Source: a virus (lineage: Duplodnaviria > Caudoviricetes). Taken from it: a DNA stretch of 57,135 nucleotides. The DNA lies in IMG/VR virus record IMGVR_UViG_3300035180_004116, positions 1-57,135 of that record. The stretch is one strand, 5' to 3'. The notes under the pieces are model-generated. The model was not told where the DNA came from, made no database searches, and saw only the letters and a list, made by a program, of their open reading frames with translations. The position numbers were made by a program, and so were the translations under genes. Shown here in pieces: positions 8,483 to 18,900 of this stretch (position 1 is the first letter of the stretch; each line of letters begins with the position of its first letter).

Positions 8483-8939
8483 CTATCTGACCGAAAACCA
8501 CTGCTTCATTCGCTATCGCTTTGCTGAGCCGCTGGTGCCGATGCTGAAGCTCATCGGTCTGACTGATGCGGATCTGTCTGAACCAAAGCGCCGGCAACCG
8601 CACGATCTGCTGGGCGGCAAGACGCCGCTTGATGCGCTGCGTTCGCTCGGCATTGATTGGGCGCGTGACATGATCGACAAGAATTTCTGGGCACGCCACT
8701 GGCTGCGCACCACCCCGACGAGTGTGCGCGTGGTGGCGGACAACTGCCGATTTGATAACGAGGCCGAAGCGGCGATGTCCATAGGCGGCAGCGTCTACCG
8801 AATCATTCGTCCCGGCATTACACGCGAGAACCACCCGGCCGAAGCTGGCGTGTCTGACAGCTACATCGATGGCATCATCGAGAATGATGGGTCGCTGGAA
8901 GATCTCTACGACAAGATCGACAAGATCGTCGGGGTTTAA
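8424..8939 (+). CDS. Deoxynucleoside monophosphate kinase
   Basis: GLSGSGKTT, FAEPL, LRSLG.DWAR, DNCRFDNE, HPAE, IENDGSLEDL. Confidence 0.88.
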   Translation: MPMLIALDGLSGSGKTTVANYLTENHCFIRYRFAEPLVPMLKLIGLTDADLSEPKRRQPHDLLGGKTPLDALRSLGIDWARDMIDKNFWARHWLRTTPTSVRVVADNCRFDNEAEAAMSIGGSVYRIIRPGITRENHPAEAGVSDSYIDGIIENDGSLEDLYDKIDKIVGV

Positions 8940-8963
8940 TGGCGTTGCTCCCTGACGTAGACT

Positions 8964-8993
8964 GGCGACGGGTTAACCCCCGTCGCCTTTTTT
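8964..8993 (+). terminator. Rho-independent terminator between convergent operons
   Basis: GGCGACGGG-ttaacc-CCCGTCGCC followed by T6. Confidence 0.85.
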
Positions 8994-9204
8994 ATGACGA
9001 CGGGCAGTCGTTCTCACACGAGCAGACCCAGATCCCGTTATGTCGGTCTATCTGGTCTGCCAGACGTTTTGGCGTTGCCGACCGGTCGAAGTAGATCGCC
9101 ATGTCTACCTGGCAAAGCGGGTCAGCTTGGATCGCCTTTGTCATTGCCGAATCTGTCGCGCACGCGCTGAGACCAGACGCCAGCATCAGCACCATGAGGC
9201 GCAT
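8992..9204 (-). CDS. o-spanin (Rz1-like lipoprotein)
   Basis: Lipobox LSAC; overlaps the i-spanin; last gene of the lysis cassette. Confidence 0.7.
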   Translation of the reverse strand: MRLMVLMLASGLSACATDSAMTKAIQADPLCQVDMAIYFDRSATPKRLADQIDRHNGIWVCSCENDCPSS

Positions 9205-9373
9205 CCATGGCATCTGCTGCCTGCTTCGATTTGGCCAATCGATCGAGAATCGCATCGGTTCCCTCCGCGATAGCTTGGGCTTCACCGGCTTTGATGAGTT
9301 GGCGATCGCCGAGCCACTTGGCAAAGGCGCCAAGCAGCTTGACGAGGCCAGTGGCGACCGCGAGCCATTCCAT
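9122..9373 (-). CDS. i-spanin (Rz-like)
   Basis: N-terminal hydrophobic helix and Ala-rich helical body after the holin. Confidence 0.65.
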   Translation of the reverse strand: MEWLAVATGLVKLLGAFAKWLGDRQLIKAGEAQAIAEGTDAILDRLAKSKQAADAMDAPHGADAGVWSQRVRDRFGNDKGDPS

Positions 9374-9552
9374 CAGGAGGCCGGCGCGGTCTTCTTCTTG
9401 GCGAGAACCGACCAGACGACGCCAGCGATGGCGATCAGGCCACCAACGGCGGTCTGAAGCATGCCGTCATCGAGGTAGCCCTTGGTCACAAGAACGCCGC
9501 CGACGCCGGTCAGGACATGGCGAACGATACCCAGGATTTGATCTTGGTTCAT
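9373..9552 (-). CDS. Holin (2 TM, 59 aa)
   Basis: Two hydrophobic segments and a basic C-terminal tail; adjacent to the endolysin. Confidence 0.75.
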   Translation of the reverse strand: MNQDQILGIVRHVLTGVGGVLVTKGYLDDGMLQTAVGGLIAIAGVVWSVLAKKKTAPAS

Positions 9553-9938
9553 TTGTAGGTTTCCCATGGAAGTTGGTAGTGGGGTCCATCCTTCAACGAC
9601 GTCCAGTCCCCGCCCCACTCGATGGGGACCTTCACGTTTGCCGCAGCCTGCTTCATGACGTGGCTGAACTTCTCATAGAGAGGCCAGTCCCAGCGCACTT
9701 CACCGCTGACCTTGATCGCGACGTCGATGGCGTGGCCATCCAGATGACGTGACTTCATGGTCTGGCTGGCACCGGCAGCGACAAGCTGCTTTTGTCGTTC
9801 GACTGAACGCAGACCTTCGGTGATGATGAAGTCGACGTCTGAGATGTTGGCGGCTTCCTTCACTACCCGGACAAGATCCGGGTGGACGCCGATCAGCTTG
9901 CCTTCGCTACGCATGTCGAGATTCACAGCCATAGTCAT
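9549..9938 (-). CDS. Endolysin, M15 L-Ala-D-Glu peptidase
   Basis: GVHPDL, EGLRS.ERQ, SRHLDGHAID, WGGDW, DGPHYQL. Confidence 0.92.
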   Translation of the reverse strand: MTMAVNLDMRSEGKLIGVHPDLVRVVKEAANISDVDFIITEGLRSVERQKQLVAAGASQTMKSRHLDGHAIDVAIKVSGEVRWDWPLYEKFSHVMKQAAANVKVPIEWGGDWTSLKDGPHYQLPWETYK

Positions 9939-12900
9939 CGCTCCCACGGGTCAGAGTTGGTAGCCGTCTTGTCACCGGCAATCGATTTCACGATGGCTTC
10001 ACGGATATCCTTCTGGCCACCGATGAACGGGATGCGTTGAGCTATCTCACGAACGGCCTGGCGCTGTCGTCCTGTCCCATCCGCGCCGCCGATCGCTGCT
10101 TCCGCGCCGGAAGCGATGTTCATTGCCCCCGTAAAGTCGCCGACCGACGGGCCGAAGATGTAGGAGAGAACCCGCATCTGCCCGTAGGCACCGTTGTCGA
10201 TCTGCGCGGCCTGGTTGTAGAGCAGGTCGCCGATCATGCCGAGGCCACCCGAAGAGATCAGACCCTCGACATACCAGGACAGGAAGTCCTGGCTGGTCGT
10301 GCCGCTGTCTTTCTTCCAGCCGAACTCCGCCGCCATTGCGTCGGTATTGTGGATGCGGAACTGGCGGCTCTGCTGGTCCTGGCCACCCCGAGATTGGGCG
10401 ATGTCGCGGACGGCAGACGTCCCGGCGCCGAAAGCGGCACCCGCGCTGAGCAGGTAGAGCAGGGGCTTCGGATTATTTGGGAACTCCTTGACGGTCCAGG
10501 CCGCCAGCTTCGCCGCCATCAGCGGATAGCTCTTGAGCTGGAAGATAATCGAGCCGACCGGCGTCTGCGCCCAGAGCGGAATGTCGTTGTGGTTCGGTGC
10601 GAACACCGCCTCGTTGGCGAACTTGATGATCGCCATACGGATGCGATCGTCGTTGGCCACAACGTCTTGGTCAGAGATCAGCTTGGCGCCAGGCCGGGCA
10701 TAATCATCGAGGCCGTAGTACCGAAGGTAGCGCATCGCCTGGCGGTACTGGCGGGTGTTGGTCTGACCGTTAACGATCATCCGCATCGCCCGCTCCTGTT
10801 CGGCGATCAACGATTGGTGGCCAACAGCCCCGGCGATCTGGCGGGTCATATCGGTCCAGGGATTGAGCAGGTTGGCGTGGAACATGGCGTTCGAAATGCC
10901 GCTGCCGTCCGTACCGTGGATGGTGGCCAACGAGTCATGAACGATGTTCTCGATCGAGACGCCGACATTGCGCATCATCTTGCGATAGGCGTCGTCGCCG
11001 GCAAATTTCGCAAAGCCTGACAGCCAAGCCTTCATGTTGCCGCTACGGATAAGCGGCATCACCAGGTCGGGGAAGCTGGCCACCGTGGCATAAGGCAGCA
11101 GGGTGACGGCGTTGAAGTTTCGGAGGAACTTCGAAGTGTGGGCCAGCGGCCGGTGGAATGCACCGCGGGCGAAGGGGCGACCCTGGTAGGACGCCATCAT
11201 GTCGTCCGTCCATTCGCGCTCGGACTGGCTGATGGCATTCCCTTGGTCGCCGAAATCGGCCAATCCCTCAACGATCATCTTGGCCCGAAGCTGGGTGTCC
11301 TTCAGGGTGTCGAGATCGGTCCGAGAATAGCTCATGAGCTGGTCGAACGCCGCACGCTTGGCTTCTTCCGTACCGCCACCATCCTTGATAATGCCGAAGA
11401 TCTCATCTGCGATACGCCGAGCTTCCGCCGGGTTGGATGTGATGCGGTCATAGATCCGGCCAACCAGCTCGTTGTCTTCCATGCCGCCGCCGAGACCTGG
11501 CGCCATGAACCGGCTGCGCAGGATCTTGTTCGACATGAGCGTCTGGGCCACCCCATCGATGCCAAAGTCGCGCACCAGCTTGTAGGTGTCGAAGCCGAAG
11601 TTCCGGGTTCCGAACCAACGTTGGTTCACGATCCTTCGGTTGGCAGCGTCTGAGTATTTGGCGACGATGCCCATCAGATTGTGATGGACGAAGTCGTAGA
11701 GGCCAGCCTTGTCCATCTCCTCCGGCGTGAAGGCCAGGACGCGCTGGAACGCCATGTCGATCTGGGCGTTACCTAGACTGCCATGCTCGTCGAGGTGGCT
11801 GATGGCATCGTCGTCGATCAGCTTGAGGACCAGCTTCTTGGCGCGGGCCTGTGCTTCGGCGGGGTCGATCGCCTTGGTGACTTGCCCGTCCTTTACCATC
11901 CGATCCCATTCCATCGTGAACGCCTTGGCGAAAGCGGAGATCGCCGCTTCAGGCTTCTCCTCCATGGCCTTGTTGTTCCAGACGATGGTGACGTAGCCGC
12001 CGCCGCGCTTCTTGCGGATGTCGCCGATCTTCACGCCGGCATCGCGCATTTGGCTGAGCTTCGCGTCGAAGAAGCTGGCAATCTTCTTGGCCGCCGCGGC
12101 TTCCTCTGGCTGGAGCTTTGTGAAATCACCGCTATCGAGCGCCCGGAAGATGCGGTCGTGGCTTGCCGGCTGACCAACGTCCATGTAGCCGAGGGTGAAG
12201 AACGGCCGGCTGTGGCGGAACCACTTCTTGAAGAAGCCGCCGGCATCCGGGAGCTTGCCCAAGATGTCATAGATGTCGGCGATGTCGCGGCCGGTCATCT
12301 GATGGACCATGGGGTACAGTTCTTCGCCGTATTTGGCGAGGACGTTCTGGTTGGTCTTGCGCAACCGGCCACTGTTGTTGACCAGTTGGAGTGGTGCCCC
12401 GAACCGGGCGGGCGTCTGCATGTCGTCGACGGTTGGCTGTTCCTGACGAAGCATCTTCTTCATCAGGCCGACAAGATCGGCCGGCACGCCGAAGTTCTGT
12501 CCGTCGACAGCCAATGGGTAAGTGGCCTTGGGATTGATCGGGTGGCTGGTGTCCATGATGGCGCTGGTGAACTCGCCACCGAACTTTGGCGCTCCGTCTG
12601 GTGCGTCTTCCGGTTGGTCGGGTAGATCGAGGAAGTCGTCGTCGACCGGGCGGACATCGGCTTCGTTGAAGACCAGGGTAGCGCCGTGGCTGCCATGGTC
12701 GAGATTGACGCCGTGGTAGCCGTTCTCCTTCAGGATGCCGGTGATCACGCGCTGCGCCCCTTCGCGGCTGACGCCGGTACGGGCGGAGATCGCGTTGGCG
12801 AGGACGTCCCGGAGAGCGGCGCCAGAGATCGTGGAGCCGGAGACCCGGCTGGCGGCGTCTGGTGACACCAGCCCTTCGGCTACCAGGCTGTCAGTCAGAC

Positions 12901-15900
12901 GTCGGACAAAAGAGTCGCCTGGCTGATAGGTGGCTAGGCTGGACAAGTCGGCAAAGTTGCCGTCCTTGACGAGGACGTTTTGGACGGCAGAGGGAATATC
13001 GACTCCGACGCTGGTGCGGAGGTCGCTCATCACGCCGTCGATCTGCCCATTCAGGAAGCGGATTGTCCCGACAGCCTCCGGCGACCGGGTCGACCTGAAG
13101 GTGCGGTAGGCTTGGGCAAGCTGGCTGTTCAAATCTTCGAGGGCCGAGATCTGGTCAAGTAGGCGTGACTTCTCGGGGATGTCCTTGCCACTGGCCATGA
13201 CGTCCGAGCGCAGGGTGTCCACGTCGACCAGGGTCTCAGGCGAGGCGATCTCGGCGCTGTCCAGAAGGTAAACGCCGTCCGGGCTGCGCGCCAGCTCGCC
13301 GTCAACCGGCCGCGACATGATGTGGCGGTTCAGCTCCTCGATCGATACGCCGGCCCAGTTCGACAGGCGAGCGAGCTGCTGGCCAGTCTTGGTGGTCAGC
13401 GCCTCGTGCCCGGTATCCGATGCGAAGATCGGGGGCACAACACCATCGACCATGGAGACCACGTCAGAGACCGGCCGGGTGCGACGAATGTTGCTGAACA
13501 TATCGCCGTACCAGGAGGTATGGCGGAACGCCCGGCGGGCGCTGTCATTGCCGAGAAGGCCATTGAGCAGATAGGCAGCTTGCTCCGTCATTGTGTCGAG
13601 CTGCGCGCCGAGCTTGGCTGCCAGGATCGGGTTGGTTCGCTCCAGGTTTCCGGCGGCATCGATTGCCTTGGCGCGTCCAACATTGTCTGCGACATAGTTG
13701 GCCCAGGCATTCCCGAACCAATCGATGGCGTCCTTCTCTGTTCCGGTGCCGCCATTGGCCAGGAGAGCGCGTGTGATGTTGGCCACGTCGGCGTCGTTCA
13801 TGGTCAGGCGGGTCATAAGCGAACCGACTTGGGCGCTAACTTCGGGTGATACCGAACGGCCGGCGGTTAGCGAGGTGGCGATGACGCGCAGGAGATCGCG
13901 CATCGAATTGAATTCGGCACTGTCAGACGTTGCAAGCTTGCCATGTTCTCCATCGGTACCGGCGATCTTCATCAGGTCGCTGGAGGTGACGGCATTCGGT
14001 GCGTCGAGAGTGCCAGGCTCCGCCCGGCCGATCATGTTGAACAGGCGGTAGGCCAAGGTCTTGGCGATGGCGTCTGTACGGGCGTCGCGGTTGGTCACCT
14101 TGCTGACCAGGTCGGCCAGGTCGGGACGGGTGGAGGCTGGTATGCCACCGCCATTGCCGACCCCGTGGCTATCGCTGATCTCTTGGCCAAGCCACCGCAA
14201 CGTCGACATATTGCTGGGGCTGAGGAGCGGCGTGGCGTTCTGTCCATTGCCGATCGCAGTCGCCGCGCGGCGATTGTATTCGATCGCAATAGCCCGGACT
14301 CGGGTTCCGTCGCCCTTCTTCACGGCATCGAAGAAGGCTTCCGACAGTGCGGAATTGGTCTTGTCTTTGATCGTGTTGTAGGCGCTCGCCAGCTCGGGGG
14401 ACATCTCGGGGCTGACATTGATCTTGCCGGCCTGTAGCCGCTGGCGCAGTTCAACGATCGCCGCCTTGCCACCATTGCCATCGCGCACGCGCTGGAAGAG
14501 CTGGGCATTGGTCGCAGTCTTGGCGTTGAAGGCGGCAGCCTTGGGGGCAGCCGCCGGCTTCGGATCGTTCTTGTGGCCAACATTGGAGATCTCGGCGGCG
14601 ACCTGCTTTGCCTCGCGCTCAAGGCGGGCGTTCCGCTGTTTATGGGCGGCGGCTGCCTTGCCGCGCGCGGCGCCACGCTTCATGCGTTCTTCTGGCGTGC
14701 CGATGCGGACGATGTTGCCAGCGTCGGCATCGACCTGTGGGTCGACACGCAGCGACCGGCCCTCTGCCTTCTGCCATTCCCTGGCCACGGCGACCTGGGC
14801 GTCATGCAGCTCGCGCGACAGGTCAGACGACAAAATATACAGTTGTGTGTGCTGCTCTGGTGTGTAGTCGCGGCGATCGAGGTTGATGCCGGTCAATGCC
14901 TCAGTCAGGCTCTTGGCTTCGCCGTCCAGACTGCCGGTCGATAGCGACAGGGCATTCTCGATATCGGCGACACCCTTCTGCTGGCGGAAGTGGACACTAT
15001 TTTCCTGCATCCACTTATGGACGATGTCGAGGGTCTGGAACAGGTTTTCGCGGCTGAGGCCCTGGATGAAGTCCTCGTCGGTCGGCCGTTTGTTTTTCCA
15101 GCCGAAGAGGTATCCCTTCATGTCACGGCTGACGTCGTTGAGCGTCTGATCAAGGCGCTCCGGCGATGCGTCGCGCATGGCCAGATAGAGCTGCTTGCGC
15201 CAGTCATCCATGCGGGAGATCGCCGATGTCAACAGCTTCCCACGATTGGTCTTGAACTCCATCGTGCTGAGATCTGGGTTCAACTTCCAGATCGAGGCGA
15301 TGCCCTTGTCGTCTTCGGACGGCAGCAGCGCGTCGAGGATCGGGACAAGATCTCGGTCAAAGAGTTCTAGTGCTGCTTCACTGTTGCTGTCGAGATACTG
15401 GAGGCGGAACAGCCCCATGATCTTCTTGGCAGCGTCCTTGATCAGCTCGGACATACGGTTGGCCCAAGAGCCGAACAGGCCCTGGATGCCTGGCACATCG
15501 CGCGGCGTGACGTCGCCTCGCCAATAGAGTTCGTTGTCCGCGTCGATACCGACGCGGCCATTCTTCATGAAGTACATGGTGTACTGGTCGGCCCAAAGCT
15601 CGGCCGGTGACTTGGTAACGCCACCATGGCCAGGCGTGATGTTTCGGCCGGTCAGACGTCCGGCCATCAGGGCGTCCTTGCCGTAGTAGTTCTGGAGCAT
15701 GATGTTCCAGAAGTCCCGACGCTGGTCGATCGACAGCAGGTTGGCGTAGCTCCAGTGACCCAGCTCATGGATGAGGCGCATGCTGACCGGTTGAGCTGCG
15801 ACGCCTGGTGTGATCTCGGCATCCCGGTTCGAGATGCCGATCGCATTGGCCAAGGTTTGGTCGCTTTTGGCGCCGATCTGTTCAGTGACCGAGCTGAGGC

Positions 15901-18900
15901 GGGTCGCCGCGTTGTTGCTGTCGGGGAAGAAGAACTTGCCGATCGTGTTAGAGCCGTCGTCAGCCAGCTCGACGATGGGCGGGATAGTCTCGCCCATGCC
16001 GGTGACGCGGCCGATGATGTCCATCACCGCCAGCCGTTCCTCTTCAGAATAGCTGGAGAAGATCGACTTTCCACGGCGCATACCCTTGGCGACGCGATCG
16101 GTTGATACCTTGAGCGGACCGGCCACCCGGTCATAGAAGACACGCTTGCGCCAAGACGGATACTTGATACCGTTGGGCGCGTACTTCTGAATGATGTCGT
16201 AGATCTGGTTGAGGCGCTGCACATGCTGCACCATCTCGGCGGTGCGGTCGGGCCACCCCGTATTCTCCATCTGCCACATGCGATCGTGGACGGCCTGGAG
16301 CGTGTTGAGGCTGCGGTCCCACTCAGGCACATCCAGCGGGTCGATGACCACGTCCTTGATGTTATCGAGGGTCAGAACCTTCCGTTCCGGCTGGCTCTCT
16401 TGCTTGACCCGGACTCGATCTTCCGGCGCGGCGTTCATGTAGTCGGGCAGTTCGCCGATCGGGCGGAACAGCTCAGACGCCGTCTTCGAATTGGATGGCG
16501 TACCCTCCGGCACGAAGCCGATTTCGTGGTTGCCCCATTTACCAACCATGTCGGCCACGGTCTGAGGTTGCCCAGACTTGACCTTCTTTACTGCTTCGAC
16601 CCTGACCTGGCGTTCGACGCGCGACTCATTCTTGTTGCGCACGGCGAGCAGTGTGCCTTCCGGCAGATTGAAGGAGTTGCGATCGGCGGTCGGCACTGGC
16701 TTGGCCTGGACCGGCTTGGCAACCGACGCTTCCGCAGGAACAGCGGCTTGCTCACGATACTTGTTGGTCTGGCGCCAATTCAGCGGGTGTTCGTTGGTCG
16801 GCTTGTCGCTGACGGCGCGGGTGAGCTGGCCGTTATCGGCCGCTTCCTTGATCAGGCTGTCATAGATCTTGGGAAGCGCGCGCTTCAGTTCTTCGCGGCT
16901 TTGGAAGTTGGCCGTGGACTGGACGCCAAACTCCTTGGCCCAAGCCAGCGTGAGGCTGCCGTCTTTATTGATGGAGATGTGGCCGACCGGCGCACCGAGG
17001 AACTTCACGCCAACCCGACCTTCTGGCAGTTGGGTGTAGCTGAAGTCGCCATTGAGATCGACTTCGATACCGCCATGGTTCACAACCATTGGCGGGTTTT
17101 TAGCCTTCATCGGCATGTCGGGGCCGGTGACGCTGGGCGTTGCGTACTTCTGATTGATCTCTTCAAGCTGCTTGGTCAGGACACCAATGTCGCCGTGCTG
17201 CTTGAAGGCATCGACGGCTTGCAGGATCTCCTGTTGCTTCTGAGGCGCTGACTCACGGGCGCGCTCGGCTTCCGCCATACGGGCGGCTTCGGCATCCACG
17301 TCGGCAACCGTGGGTGGCACGGTCTCGATAGCTGGCGCGACGTCCTTGCGCTTCTCCAGCCGCAGCTCCTTGGCACGGCGGCGGATCTTGCGGCGCAATG
17401 CGCGGCGCTCCTTCGGCGTCGTCGGGTGTTCATGGCCGAACTCGGCGATGATCTGCGACGGGATGTGGCCGCGCAGCAGACGGGCTTCTTCGGCGACGAG
17501 GCCAGCCTCTTCTTTCTTGGTGGCGCTCTTATAGGTGGCGAGCAGCGCGCGGCGAACCTTCAGTTCTTCGTTGATCCGGGCGCGCGTGGCCAGTGGCCCG
17601 CCTTCATGGACAAGGCCGATCTCATAGGGGTGGCCAACGATCTTCGCCAGTTCATCCCGGTTGTTCTTTTCCAGGATGCCGATCATCTTCTCTCGGATCT
17701 TAGTCAGACGCCGATATTCTGGGTCGGCAGTGACGGCGTTCTCATCGCCGAGCTTTGCCTTGGCGGCGAAGACCTGGAGTTGTCGTTCGACTTCGTCGAG
17801 CTGGGATTGGGCATCGACGGCGCGGTTGTAGCCGGCGAGTGCGTCAGTGATTTCCTTGACGCGCGCTTCCTGCTTGGCGATCTGTCCAGCATATTTAACG
17901 CGCTTGACGTCTGACTTAACGATCTGGCCACTGGCCGCATCGATGTTCGATTGCTCGATGCCACGCGCGGCGGCTTCTTCACTGCTGTCGAACAGACGGA
18001 CAAAGGAGTTGAGGAGGCCGAGATCGCTTTGCTCGGATTTCGGGAACAGCCGGCCGAAAAAGCCGCGCTCGTTCGACCGCAGGAAGGACTGCTCCTTGCC
18101 GCTTACCTTCCAGGAATTGTCGAGGCCGCGTTCCCAGATGCGGCCGGAGATGATGTCTTTGACCAAGACGACATGGCCGGTAGCCGGGTCGACACGGGTC
18201 ACCTCGCCGACATAGATCGGCGTGTCGGAGTTGATGTTGGTCAGGGCCTCAGCATCGACGCCGGGGAACTCACCGGTCAGGCGGAAGTTGGAGCCAAGGG
18301 CATAACTCGCCGTCGGCTCGTAGTCTGGAATGTCGGTGAACTCAGAGATCTTGCCGGTGCTGTCGCCAGAAAGGCCAACGCCAAGTCCGATCGATTTGGG
18401 GTTTCCACCCAGACGTTCGGTCTCACGGCGGATGAAGTCTGAGACGTTGGTCTCCGCCAGGGAGACAATCCGGTTCCAGCTCTTATTGGTCTGCGGTGCG
18501 CCCTGCCACAGACGGTCGATGATGTTGTCATACATCTCCCCGGCTTTGACACGGACGTCGTTGGGGATGACGTTGCTCAGGAAGAAGCGGTACTTCCGCG
18601 GCTTCTCGCCGGTCTTGAGGCCGTTGACGGTAACGTCAGAGCCAACGCCAACTTCCATCCCTTGGCCGGTCGGTTCGCCATAGACGCTGCGGACCACCTC
18701 GCGGCGGAAATTCTCGCCGTAGTCTTGCTCGATCTTCTGGAAGATCTCGTCGATGCTGGCGCCAGGGTTGGCGCTGAACACCGAATAGAAGACATTGGTG
18801 ACGCGCTGTTTCAGCCACTTGGCATGCTTGCGCATGACCCGATCATAGAGATCGCCGGCCTTGCCACTGGCCTTCACATAGGGGCCGAACTTGCCGAGAT

